Source: Tubiluchus corallicola
Lineage: Eukaryota; Animalia; Priapulida
Length of the DNA stretch: 64,000 nt
NCBI GenBank assembly: GCA_030141605.1
Contig: JAQGDQ010000154.1
Location: 310,001 to 374,000 of the forward strand
Direction: 5' to 3'
The position numbers were made by a program, and so were the translations under genes. The notes beneath the pieces are model-generated. The model made no database searches and had not been told where the DNA came from. It saw only the letters and a list, made by a program, of their open reading frames with translations. Positions 1 to 12,700 of this stretch are shown here, in pieces (the first letter of the stretch is position 1; the number at the start of each line of letters is the position of its first letter).

Positions 1-336
1 TGGCAAACACAGAGATTTTTAAACGCTTGTGGGAGTGATAGAATTATTTATGAACTTCTAGAAAAAGATTAGCGTTAACATTATTGCGACTTTACCTTCC
101 ATATTCTAAATTTATCTAGGCTCTTTATATATAATCCCAACAGAATACTTCCAAATGCCGTAATACTTTATAAACACTTTACTAACGTGAACCTCAACAA
201 CGCTCCATAAAAATTGCATTGGGTATCGGAAAGAATAAAAATTTTTGGATCCTACGCCATAGTGTATCTAAGCAGCTACTTATCTGATGTCACACGTTTA
301 TTTTACATCATGTGGATGTCGCGATCTGAGTCGACA

Positions 337-414
337 TGACGTAATAGATGACAACGAAACGTGCAACTCGTGGCAACCCAGACAGCGACGAAGAAAAATG
401 GTTTCCCAGGCGTC
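337..414 (+). promoter_or_regulatory. Candidate TSSK proximal elements (CRE-like TGACGTAA; imperfect X-box-like GTTTCCCAGGCGTC)
   Basis: TGACGTAA at 337-344 and GTTTCCCAGGCGTC at 401-414 lie in a CpG-richer patch within 150 bp of the ATG. Motif match only. Confidence 0.25.
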
Positions 415-487
415 ATGACAGACAGGAAGGAAAATTAGCAGGCCGCTACCTATTTAGAAGGATGCACTCAAAAATCGTGCCTCAATA

Positions 488-1607
488 ATGGCACCAACTG
501 GGAACAAACAGAATAATCGAACGAGAGACAAGAGAAAAAACCCACGGCCGGCTTCTCAAACGACGACTCTGAGTACAAGTGTACCCCACCGTAATCCACA
601 CTCCGCACAATCTCACAGGCAGAGATCTTCATCTCACAATGATCCAGAATACTTCGAAGACCCTTGTGGTCAATTGCAGAGGCTCATGCAGGATGTAGAA
701 AGTACACGATACGAGAAAAAGCCAGGAGAATTTGTCGTCTTGTTGAAGCCGACGGAAAAGGCCATTTTAGCAAGAAACGGTTACATTTTAGAGAAAACGA
801 TTGGAAACGGCAACTATTCGAAAGTAAAACTAGCCAAAGACGTATTAGGAAATTCTGGACAAGTTGCAATAAAAATTGTGAACTGTTCTTCCGCGCCCAA
901 AGATTTTTTACGAAAATTCTTACCCAGAGAATTGCAATTTTGGCCTCAATTGAGACATCCTCATATTATAAGGTAAGATTCAGTATGATCACGCACTCAA
1001 ACATACAGTCGTATTTATGGCTATTACTGTACTATTAAAATGCCAAAAATATCATGTATAATTCGCATTTTCAGAATTTAAAAATGCATTGGTAAGTTTT
1101 TAAACGTTGGTGTTACTTACTGTTGTTTTCACTATCATGGCTTGTCTTTGCCATAAAAAATAACATAGGGCTTACAAATGGACACGACAGAGTAATAGTT
1201 TCCGTAGCATTTTTGAACTCGCGTGCGACATTGTGTCATTAATGGGTTGCCATGTTGTATTTTCGGTTTAACATCAACCACAAGCATCACTGCACAACGA
1301 CGTTTTTATGAAGTAACAAAAATATGTGCTCTTAATAATCGTGATATATTTGCTTATGAGCTGTACTGGCTTACTGAAGAGGCAAAACAACCTACCTGGC
1401 TTTTCGTATGAAGAAATTCGTCAGATTTAGTATTAATATTATAACTAACTGATGTAAATATTCTTGTAAATTATTTCAAACAAATATTGATGAATTGCAC
1501 TGTTATAATATGACATATGTGTGAATAAAATGTGTGTGTGTGTGTGTGTGTGTGCGTGAGTGTGTGTGTGTGCGTGTGTGTGCGTGCGTGTGTGCGTGCA
1601 TGCGTGC

Positions 1608-1701
<94 letters not shown>

Positions 1702-3968
1702 TGATCAACCGAAATAATTGCCTTTGCGCTGCATTGTGAAAGTTTACACCACCAAAAATTTACACTAATTCGGCATTGTTCATGTATTTATGTTACTCAT
1801 GAAATCATGCCTGTAGTTTTTCATGAAATTTATTATTAGTTGTCAGAGTTTGTTAGTATGTTGTTCTCGGCGGATTAACCCATTTTCGTGCCTATTCGCA
1901 GCAGAGCACATCTCGAAAATGATTATCAAATTGGTGTTGATGCTGTTGTCAAAAGACTGAATTTAATTGAAGATCTTTAACGAAATTGTTGATCAGTATA
2001 TTGAAGACTGAATACACCAAACAGACTTAATGCACACCTGAAATTACTTTTGATACTTACAACTGCTGAGTTATTGAGAATAAAAAATGAAGATCATAGA
2101 TTAATGTCATAAAGGATCAATGTCACATATAACGGTTAAACGGCAAGGTCAAGGTCACATCTCAAGGTCATTGCTCAACTTTATGTTATATGCCTTGAAA
2201 TGATCTGATTGTACTAAAATATTTGATTGTAAAATGATTATTAAATAACCTGAAATGTTCATACTGAAACTACATTTTGCAGAAGGTTAATCATGATATA
2301 CATTAAGACGGCTTAATATCTTTTCTCGGGTAGAAGTATCAAGTTTCGAGGCCTCGTGACCTAACACACTTCATACGCTTATACACATACTTAGTTATAC
2401 ATTATTTTAAGTCTTTATAAACCCTCCCCACACTCTTATACATAACCCTTTCCCATCCAAATCTATACATTACTGTACATTACGTACTATCCATGTGCAA
2501 AAATACTTTAGACGGAGTACCGCAAGAACCCGCGAAATAGCGAAAATACCGCGATAAATATTTTACATTAATATTTTTGAAAACCCGCGAAACAGCAAGT
2601 CCGCGATAAACGAACCGCGAAGTAAGTTAACACTGTATATATAAATTCTTTATTTGTCATTAAAATGGTTCACTTATTATAATAAAATTGAGTAAGCCTC
2701 AACGTAATGTTAAAACAACAACACTGTTCAAGACAAATGCGCCCAGTGCAAACTAAAAAACTAAAGTGCAAAACTGAGGTCTAATTATTCACAAGATATG
2801 CACATATTTACAAACGCGACATTAAAACACATTTAAAAAACAATATCACAAAAGCACACTAAATTTTACATGACATTTGCACAGTGTATACATTTGAAAT
2901 TACACAATTAACATAACACGCATTGCATTACATAAACTTTATAATTATTAGATTTTACATTTTATAATTTTTAATCATTTTATGAAGATCAGGGGCAGGG
3001 GTAGATGAAAGCTGAGTCTGTGTGATTAGTATCAGAGTGTGAATTATTAGTATCATTTAGCTAGTCAATTCGTATATGAATCGTCCGTAGTTGAAAGTCA
3101 AGAAGGTCAAAGGTCAGGATAAAGGAGCAGTACCGCCAAAAGCATGAAAGCATTGACTTCGGCCTTGGTACAGTAGACACTTTTTAATTGTTTTTTTCCT
3201 TACAATTTTATATTATTTTTCAGAATGCACAATTACTTTAAAGACAAAACGCACAACAAAGTTTACATGATTCTCGAATACGCTTGTAACGGTGACCTTC
3301 TGACCCACATACAGAAGTGTGGCGCTGCAAGCGAATACCAGGGCAGAAACTGGACGAACCAACTGGCTTCGGCAGTGTGCTACCTCCACAGCTTGCACAT
3401 CACGCACAGAGATCTCAAACTAGAAAACATCTTACTAGACTGCCACCAAAACGTCAAAATATGTGATTTCGGTTTCAGCAAAACTGGCATGGGAGAATTG
3501 AGCAATACGTTTTGTGGTTCCAAGGCCTACGCCTCTCCTGAAATACTTCTCAGCCAGCCCTATGATCCCAAGAAGTCGGACATTTGGGCTCTGGGCGTAA
3601 TCACGTATATAATCGTGACTGGGCGCATGCCGTTTGATGAACACGTAGGAAGTAATAGAGCCATCGTCGAGAGGCAAAGGTTACTGCGCTTGTCTTGGGG
3701 TAAGAAAGTGATTTCAAGACATTGCAAGGACCTCGTCAGAGGTATGTTAACTTTTGATTATAAGCAAAGGATGACCATTGAAGAGGTACTTCAGAGTGTC
3801 TGGCTTTCTCTTCAAAAGAGGCTAAGGAGTAGTCAAGTGTGGAACTCTCCCGAAAAAACTCTTTCCGAGGAGACGCGCAATAGCCAGACAGAACGAAAGA
3901 AAGAATGTGGCACTGACGGTATTTCTGCTGACGATCTTGTTTCCACTGATGAACTATACTCAATATAA
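488..3968 (+). CDS. TSSK: Testis-specific serine/threonine kinase family (CAMK group), 2 exons: 488-972, 3224-3968
   Basis: Exon 1 has GNGNYSKV, VAIKIV and KFLPREL...HPHII. Donor AG|GTAAGA at 972/973 joins acceptor TTTTCAG|A at 3223/3224 in phase 2 (AG+A = Arg). Exon 2 has HRDLKLENILL, DFG, TFCGSKAYASPE and DIWALGV. KFLPREL and TFCGSxAYAxPE are TSSK hallmarks; the paralog number is not assignable. Confidence 0.88.
1531..1698. repeat. (TG)n microsatellite in the TSSK intron
   Basis: About 170 bp of TG repeats with TGCG/TGAG interruptions. Confidence 0.97.
2519..2637. mobile_element. Remnant right end of a pogo/Tigger-like MITE
   Basis: Repeated (A)ACCCGCGAAA/ACCGCGA subterminal motifs ending in ACACTG-TA; no matching left end found. 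Confidence 0.35.
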
Positions 3969-4214
3969 CAAATGCTAAGTGAAATGAAGGTGTTCTCATA
4001 CTTTATTGGATGCAAAATGATGTAAAATTTTAGAAAGTTCTCAGTTTAGAAATCAAGTACATGTGTACATTAAATCATGTCAATGTTGTAAAAATAGTAT
4101 AGTTAAAAACAAAGAATATGCGAGCTTGTATTGTTTTACAGTGTCAACACAAGATTAAGTCATATAAATAAATAAATTGCACGTACAAATATTTGACGCA
4201 GTAATAAGTTAAAC

Positions 4215-6180
4215 AACTTGAGCAAACCATTTCAATGTGAATGTGATATTGCAATATTAATATACTGTGTGAGAAAACCGACTCATTTTAAGAAAATGCC
4301 TTTCTTCCAAACACGAGTAAGCCTTATTAGTGTAAATATGCTGCTAGGTAAATTATCTCACTGTGAATATATTTTTTTAATATTAATGGTCCGTGCGACA
4401 AAACAGATTCATATTAAGCGAGTAAACATTATCAGTGTATATATGCTGTTCAAGTAAACCGTCTTATTGTGACCAGTATTTTAATGCCAATGTGATATAT
4501 CACTCTGAGTAAGCTGTCTTCGTTCCTTCTTCCAAACACAAGTAAACCTTTTCCGTGTAAATATGCTGTTTGAGTGCGCCATGTTAGTAAAACTTCTCGT
4601 GCAAATCCACCAAATTAACAAATTATTTAAATGTGATTAAATTATTTGAATGTAAGCAGGCTAAACAGTGTGAGTAACCGTTTTAGGAAGCAATCTCAAA
4701 TTGTTCAAAACCTCTACAGTGTGAGCAAATTACCTTCTGTGGATAGACTAGCCTGTGGGAAAAAATCTCGTAGAGAAACATTCTTCATTATAAGCAGAAT
4801 CTTTATCTTGAAGTAAAACCTTTCGACCCAATCTTAAACTGTGGATCGAAACAATCTACTCTTTAGAAATTCAAACGAAACGTACTATTAATTTAAAAAA
4901 AATTCTTTACGTGAAAGAATTATTACCAAACAAACTCATTTTCACGTTCGCGCCACTAGTTCTTTGCTGTTACATGCATTTCGCCATCCGCTGGTTACAT
5001 GGGCACTAGCGCCTGCATTCCGAAAAGGCTTTGCACAAAAAAACAGTTGCTGTACCTCTCAGTTCAGATGTGTTAGTTTGACGAACTACACACGTTCGAC
5101 AATTCATGCGCAAGCGCAGGGGTAAATTTTAACTTTGAATTTTTATCGTAAAACTTGCCTAGTTTTAGTACAACACACTGAATATCTTACAGTAGCACAG
5201 TACTTCAATTATCGCTTTCGCAAACACGTGCAAAACGTTCGTAGAATATTTTTGCTGTTGAAATTTATGTTAGTTTGTGATGTCATCAATAGTTGGGCTC
5301 GCCCGCCGTTAACTAAGTTTTTAATCTATTATTTAATTATCAGAAGCGCTTTTGCAGTTTTAATTTTGCCGAAATGTATACTTTTTATCGGATATGAAAA
5401 TGGGGTAGTACATGAAAAATCATCCTACTTTCCTTTAAAACCGGCGGTATGAGTAAACCAATTTGATAAATAATTTCAATGAGCAGACATTTTTAAAATA
5501 ATTAAGATGTGGAAGTAAACTGCTTTATTATGAATAGGCCGAGCCCCCTCAGCAAATAGTCCTAGTGAAGAATCTCAGTTTGCATAACCTGTTTGATAGG
5601 AGTGCACCAGTAAACCATTTCAGTGTGATTTAACATGTACCTGTAATATGTTTCAGATAATCAATGCCGCATGAGAAAAACTTCTTATTATGTGACTTAT
5701 TGTGTGAACCACAGTAAACCAGCTCAATGTGAGTGAGTTAAATAGTGGGAGTAAATAAACTCAACACGAATAGTCCAAATTTTGCGAATATACTGTTCCA
5801 AAGAGAACAGATTACTAATAATGTAAACACATAACAATAATGTAAACACAATGTGAGTTTGCTGAACAATGTGATGGAGAATAGGCTAAACAATGAGTAA
5901 ACCGCTTCATCATGGATAGACTAAATGAATAAACGGCTCAACAAAAACGAAACAGTGTCGTTAAATCAGCATACAATGAATGTACTGTGAGTAAACTGCC
6001 TCAACATTAAAAGGCTAAAAAGTGAAAGGAAACCACTCAAACTAAAATAGGATAATGTGTGAATAAACCACGCAATGCGAGAGCATTTTCATCTCTGCAG
6101 TATACCTTAGAGTGATTAGATTACAGGCTGTTCTAACTAAATAAAATCACCTACATTACTTGAGTAAACTGTCTCAACCT
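4215..6180. repeat. Highly degenerate minisatellite-like field built on GAGTAAACC-type motifs, interrupted by a transposon
   Basis: Roughly 20 variants such as GTGAGTAACCG, AAGTAAACCGTCT, CAGTAAACCATTTCAGTGTGA, TGAGTAAACCGCTTC, TGAGTAAACTGCCTCAAC and TGAGTAAACTGTCTCAAC. Confidence 0.5.
4812..5434 (+). mobile_element. Non-autonomous DNA transposon (Kolobok-like TTAA/AGG termini), copy 1
   Basis: Reverse-complement similar to 26824-27408 along its length (e.g. TGTACCTCTCAGTTCAGATGTGTTAGTTTG). Ends CCTACTTTCCT|TTAA; the other end is degenerate. Confidence 0.7.
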
Positions 6181-7243
6181 TAATAGGCAATTAAATATTT
6201 TTGTTTTTAACTGCAAATATAAAATATATACAAGAACTATATCGTAAGTATAAAAAAGCCAACTAATTAGGGAAACAGTTTATGAAATTTCTGACTTCAT
6301 CGTGAAAACTTGGTAGTCAAGCTTAATAAAATTTATTGCCAAAATGCTTGTCTTTGTAAGATTACCGAATTTTTGTAAGTGTAATCGAGACCCCACCAAA
6401 ACACCCTATAAAAATGAGAGTAAATTGTCTGTAACACAGGATTAGTTCCTAAACTGCGCATTGGGACTGGCACACCACTAATATTTAGTAAACCAACAAA
6501 GATGACTTGTATGCTTAATAATATAGTGAACTAAGAAAAATAACTTGTCAAACAGGCTTGTAAACTTCCCACCTCACCTATAAAGTCTACCTACGGTTTT
6601 TTTTCAGCCTCAATCTGCAAAGCATGGCATCGAACACCTGGCCACATTAACTATGTAAGCATTCCCTAAATAGGGAACCTGGACCACAGCAGCATAAGAA
6701 TATCAGAAACGGTGGACTACTATTAATGTGGTTCCAAAGACTTGATATACAATTCATTTATCTTTATCAAGTACGTTGCCCAGGAAAGTGAGGAATCGAA
6801 ATATTAACAAAATTTTTAAATACATCAAGATATTTGTTTATTCATTAAAGAAAAAATATGTACAACAACGAAATAATTTCAATACTTATTTTCTATGCAG
6901 TAAGAACAGCTAAGTGCAAAACTAAATGTGCCTTACAGAGCTTGTTGCTGAAACATAAAAGGGCGACACAAATTTTAGTATAAATGCATAATGCTAATCT
7001 TTTTAAGTTCAAAGGAGCAATGCTGTTATTTTATTAAGATGTATCTATTTTTTACAGTTGTCAGATGAGGTTCCGCTATAGAACTATATTTATACATATA
7101 CAATAATCTAACCTACTGAAATTGGAATGCAAGTTTATCTTCTATAAAATAGGAAAGTACAACGCAGTACGATTCTGTAAACTGATAAGTAGATTCACAT
7201 TCAGCATGACAAAAGAAGACCGTTTTTAGGATTACCTGCTTAA

Positions 7244-7524
7244 TGTTACGATGTGCCCCGTGTTTGGATTTCCAGAACACCCCAAGAAATGGCCTGCCCG
7301 GGTAAGTAGAACCATCCGCACAGAAAAACCAAGTTCATATTTGCATTCAGGGTTATACAATACCCCATCCAGTAGTTTTCAGATTTCAGCAATAAATGAA
7401 TGGGCGTGACCTATTTCCGAACCCCAAAAAACCTACTGCTCAGGCAACTTGGTCTACCTGTACAAAAAAATAATGTCAGATTTGGGTTCACCACCATACA
7501 ATGGCCTTTTTTGTGATTTTCAGG

Positions 7525-7560
<36 letters not shown>

Positions 7561-7772
7561 CATAGATATAGATATAGATAGATATAATGGGATATTTCCC
7601 TGATACAGACCCGACTCAAAATGGCGTCCCAAAACGTCCTTAACGGGCTTGGAAAAAATAGCACCCAATTTTCTTTTGACTGTTGGGTCATAATCCTTAA
7701 ATTTCAACAAAAAAAATTAATTTTATTATTAAAATCGTACTGGTCCTCCCCAGAGAGCGTGATGAGGTAACA
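7244..7772. mobile_element. Possible short-TIR element with TGT...ACA ends flanked by TTAA
   Basis: TTAA|TGTTAC at 7240-7249 and GTAACA|TTAA at 7767-7776 form a perfect 10-bp inverted pair; internal (TA)n/(TAGATA)n at about 7525-7586. Confidence 0.3.
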
Positions 7773-8796
7773 TTAATTTTTTTAATGCTTGTTTCTGCAG
7801 CGACAACTTTAGAAAGAAAACAGAAGCAAGTTCAGAAACAAAGACGATGCAACTCCAGAAACGGAGCCTGTAAGACAAATTCAAGCACGTAGGGCATAAA
7901 AGTTGAGGTTTTAAAGCCAAAGGAATATGTTTTCTTACTGATCAATGCTTCTTAATCACAGTTCAGCATTACATGGTTGTGACTTGTAGGCTACAGTATA
8001 TAAAACATTACAAAATACATTTATAATTGAATGAACAATATGACTAGAACTGCTAATTTGCCAGTAAACTTATAAAATACAGGTATTGCTACTATGAACA
8101 GGTAACAACAGTGGGCATGTTTGTAATATGACAATTAATATGACTGGCAGATACAATGTTTTATACAATTCAACAATTTACAAGCCGGCATCAACACCAA
8201 GGCTACATTGTGGTGAGACCAGTACTTAGCTAATATCAAGGATAATCCTGAGGCACTGCACTGGCAGAAGTATCTTAGCTGAATTCAGGACTGCATACAT
8301 ATTCCCTCATAAGGCAAACAGTATTCACTCAGTATGACGGTTGCAACTTTTCCTCGTGGTTACACATCTATTTACTGACTAGAATTACAGTTGCTTAATT
8401 TCAGTCTGTAAGCACACACCGTGACCACTCAGTGCTAAGTTATTACAATACATTACCATAAACAACTACTACTATTACTATAAGAGTAATACAAAAGTAC
8501 AAAGTGAAAGAAATGCAGTTGAAAAAAATATTGATTTGCTAATAATAATTTAGTTAGCTAATATTTCTGTACCTTTAGATTTTTAAAACAAATTAGGGCA
8601 TTTCCTAACTGATACTCAGCTGTTCATTAAAAGTATTGAATTGATAGTGACAATGTAGAGAGTAACACAGGTAATTCTTGTTGAGAAAGGATAGGACTAA
8701 ATCAAGCTCCTATCCAGTATTCAAAAATGAGTCTTATTATGCAAATATTCATAGTTTGCGAGCTACGACTGAACACTGAAATAGAAATTTGCCTAA

Positions 8797-8982
8797 AGTG
8801 GCGTTTACATAGGATCTGGATGCGTATGTGTTTTTGGGAGGTGTTTTCAATGCACCCTGCTTTGCACTTATGCAGCCTGTGTATGCGTTATTCTTCTTCT
8901 GCAGCTATTCCTATTGATTTTCTCGAGCAGCTATTCCGCAGGTGGCAACACATCCGCGTCCGGATGCTACATAAACGCCACT
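8797..8982. mobile_element. MITE (PIF/Harbinger-like), about 186 bp
   Basis: TIRs AGTGGCGTTTACATAGGATCTGGATGCGTATGTG and CACATCCGCGTCCGGATGCTACATAAACGCCACT. Confidence 0.75.
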
Positions 8983-9709
8983 TTGAATTTACGTATCAGC
9001 AGTTAAAATAAAAAAAATCTGAAAAGAGATTCCGTTAAATCACCTTAAATCAAAGTCAACAGTTAAGACACCAAAATAAAGTTACAAATTACACATCAAT
9101 TTAGTTATACCTTTACTGCAGTAAAAGCCTGAAAATGTCACAATAATTCAGCAAATCGTTACAGCAATCAAACCCTCTGCATTTACTAGCAACCAGGAAC
9201 CCTCTGCACGTAAACTGACGCCTTCCCATTTCTAGCATCACCCATTCCTGGTGTGCAATGTTTTTTTAACTGATGCAATTTGTCCCATAATTCCAAAATT
9301 TCTACACCAGCTAGTCTGGGAAAAGACACAAAGCAAAGCTCTGAAGAAAGCTTGAGTTTACATCTAAACTTAAATCAGTGGCCAAAGTTACTTGAATAAC
9401 ACATCATTATGAGCAGTCAAAGTTTCACTAACCAAATTTTTGGAAGTAATACGCAACACAAAAATGCAAAAATGAAAAAACAAACATTTACAACAAGAGC
9501 AAAGATAATTCAATGTGAATTACAATTAATTCGATGTGACAGAGTAAAATAGCAGCTAGAGTATAATTAATTATATAACTGTATATTGTATTGTATTTCC
9601 ATTGTATAACAACATAAATTTTATCCAACATATAAAATAAGAAGATATGAGATCACAAAAGTTATGAGATGGACGGACGAATGGACGGACAGTCGAGATT
9701 GGCGTGTTA

Positions 9710-12700
9710 TCACACATCCATCATTCCTTCACTAACAGGCATGCTTATTACTGCTGTTATCACAGGAATACTTTTTCCTTTCTTCGCAAGCAGAACCTGT
9801 AAAAATGACCAGTGTGTTTAAAAAAACCAATTCATTTAATCGCTAATACAATTTCAATCAAAAACCGAGAGATAATTAAAATAAGTTACGTAAATTAAAA
9901 TAAAACTGTCCAAAAACAATATTCACTACTTTTTAATATATAATCTTCGTTTATTTGAAGTGGATTAACAAAGCAGTCGTGCCTGATTCAAGTCTCTCCA
10001 CAGTGAAGGTGTAAGGGAGTCAGCGCATTATAACATCGGTGCTGATTTAACAAACGATAAGATTTACAAGCCGGGATAACATCAATACATATTTCAATTT
10101 CAACAGGCATAATATACAGGGTGTCTATAAAGTCTCTTTACAATTTTAAAAATTTATTACATCGGCAGTTGACAAGATATCTTAACAGATTTGTTTAGTT
10201 TTATTCAGTGTTTATTTAAGTTTGAGATCACATTGAAATTTTGCATATTATGTAGGTCTCCTGTTGGTAGAAGGGTATTGTTAACTGAAACCTAAAAAAT
10301 GCGTACCCCTCAAGAGAAGGCACAGTGTGTATCATGGTTTATTGAGGCAAAATCGTATGTGCAGACTCAGCAAAACTACAGAACTAAGTATGGAAGAGAT
10401 CCATGGGTTATGTGAAAGAATGTGTATCGAACAAAGATACGGGACATTACTGACTTGAAGCAAGATTTCTGATCCACGCCACCATTGATGAGCTATGCTT
10501 ATGTGAAAGACATCGTGTATCGAACAAAGATACGGGATATTACTGACTTGAAGCAAAGGGTTTCTGATGCCATCGCCACCATTGATGAGGCTATGCTACA
10601 GCGAACATGGCAAGAAATCAAGTACCGTCTTGATGTGCTTCGTGCAACTAATGGTGCCTATATAGAGGTGTATTAAATGAGTTAAAAAAACTTTGACAAC
10701 CACTAATTACATCAGAACAAATCTAGTTAACAAATCTTGTCAACTGCCTTTGTAATAAATTTTTAAAACTGTAAAAAGACTTTATAGACACCCTGTATAT
10801 CACCTGGGCATTAAACAATATAGCAAATCATCTCAATTAAACAATGCGCGACTTCACATCAAAGGAAATGCAAGCTCTAATCTGCAATAAAAGCTAGTTA
10901 ACTTCGTTAATTTACACGATTTAATCTGACTAACTAATCTAAAAAAACGCCAAAAGCATTTATTAGCCGGGAAACTGAACAAAATAGACACAGACATAGA
11001 TTTGCATACCTTTATTAATCCTGTAATTCCTTTATCAGAAAGACATTCTACTCTTGTTTCAAAATTGTAAGTGAGTCCGGGAACCAGCATTGGAACCTGA
11101 AATTTAAAATAAGTTTTGCACACACCTTTATTGATCTAAGGTACACAAGCATACATGAAAAACAAACAAGTTGTAAATCATTATAAAGACTAATAAAATA
11201 AAATAAATACACAAAATAGCCAGTTTCTCGGAATCAACATGTTTACTGAGGGACGATCGCTTCGGCTACGGAAGCCATTATCAAACTATAAATCAAGCCA
11301 AAAAAAAATAACACGTTAATGATAGAAAGGCACAAACCGAAACAACAAATAAATTATAAGGTCAGCTTGGTTCTCACCATACCGCATGCACAGGTGTTTG
11401 GGATAGCTTCAAATCTGCATTTAGCTTTTTATATAGTACAAGTAATGTTCAACATCTCATAATAGGAGTGGCCTTACACATTATGAAGCACCACCCAATT
11501 CTTAATACGCAACTATCATTGGTGGTACCATTGTCGCATTGTTTCTGTGTTTTGAAATTTGTCTGACTACGTTCCTCAGGGTCTGGAGTGGTCTTGGTGG
11601 ATTCGCATTGAAATGTGTGGAGTTGGTTTCCCATATTGTAGTTCCCACTTGTTGTAAATTGTGCAAAATGTAGAAGTTGTGTTTTATTCTTATAATGGCA
11701 ACGGCTGCCATTCTTCATTGTGTAGACTAGGATTAATTGTTCACCTGTTGTGTTCTTTTTTGGTTCTCAGGTGTTAGGTAAAAATTTTATACATTTCTCT
11801 GCAATTTCTTCTGATACAATCTAGTTTATTTTGATAAGTTAGATTCAATTCTGTTGTTCTGTATTTTCATAATCCATTTACAATACATTTGCAAAGTAAT
11901 GCAGGATGAAATTTATGCGCATAGCACATTACATTGCATTGCACTATTAGCTCAGCTTGTGGAACAATAAAATTTCAGTCATCCGTTATAGGGTTATTTT
12001 TGATTTTTTTTTTGTCGACAAGAATATTTCCTTGTTCCTTGATGGAGCTGATACTAATTTTACAACTAGGACACTGATCTAGTAATTGTTGGTACCGGCC
12101 GGCACACCAAAAGTGTCACCTAGTTGAAAACGTTTACGAATTTAGTAAAGTGATGGCTGGGTTAAAAAATCTAACGAAATGCTGACACGCTCAGTAATTC
12201 ACTGGCAGCTACTGAATAAACTCTCCGAGTAGCTCACTCTGGTGAGGCAGACTTCTGAACTGTTTCTAAGTTTGACAAACTTGGCTCACTGGAAAAGTAT
12301 CATAATATCATAGTGATATACTTGGGACATTCAGGTCAGAAAAGTGTTTTATGTTGAAATAAATGGACGTCGAACATTAAACCTGCAGTTCAGTGTATTT
12401 TTATCGGCTCCGACTTTTAACTGTTGTAACCAACACAATGTACTACTATACGTTCACTCTTCAAAACCACAACATAAAGGGACAGAATAGCACATCATTT
12501 AGGCTTATAATATGTACCTAATAAAGATTCAGCATATAAACATAAGGAAAGAAAGTCAACTGACCGGAATGTAGCATTTCTCTAATCTATACAGGGTCTC
12601 GTCGTACTGAAAAGTGATAAACCATCCGATAGATGCAGTCGTCAATGAGGTGTTACTCAAATGAATGTTCAATTTGAAAAGTGGTCCCATGCCTTGAATC

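Noticed and set aside
1445-1708. His-Thr repeat ORF on the minus strand
   Set aside because: It is a translation of the (TG)n microsatellite.
5135-5452. Similar ORFs at 5135-5452 (+) and 26656-27111 (-) suggesting a duplicated small gene
   Set aside because: Both lie in copies of one non-autonomous transposon, use non-ATG starts and show no recognisable domain.
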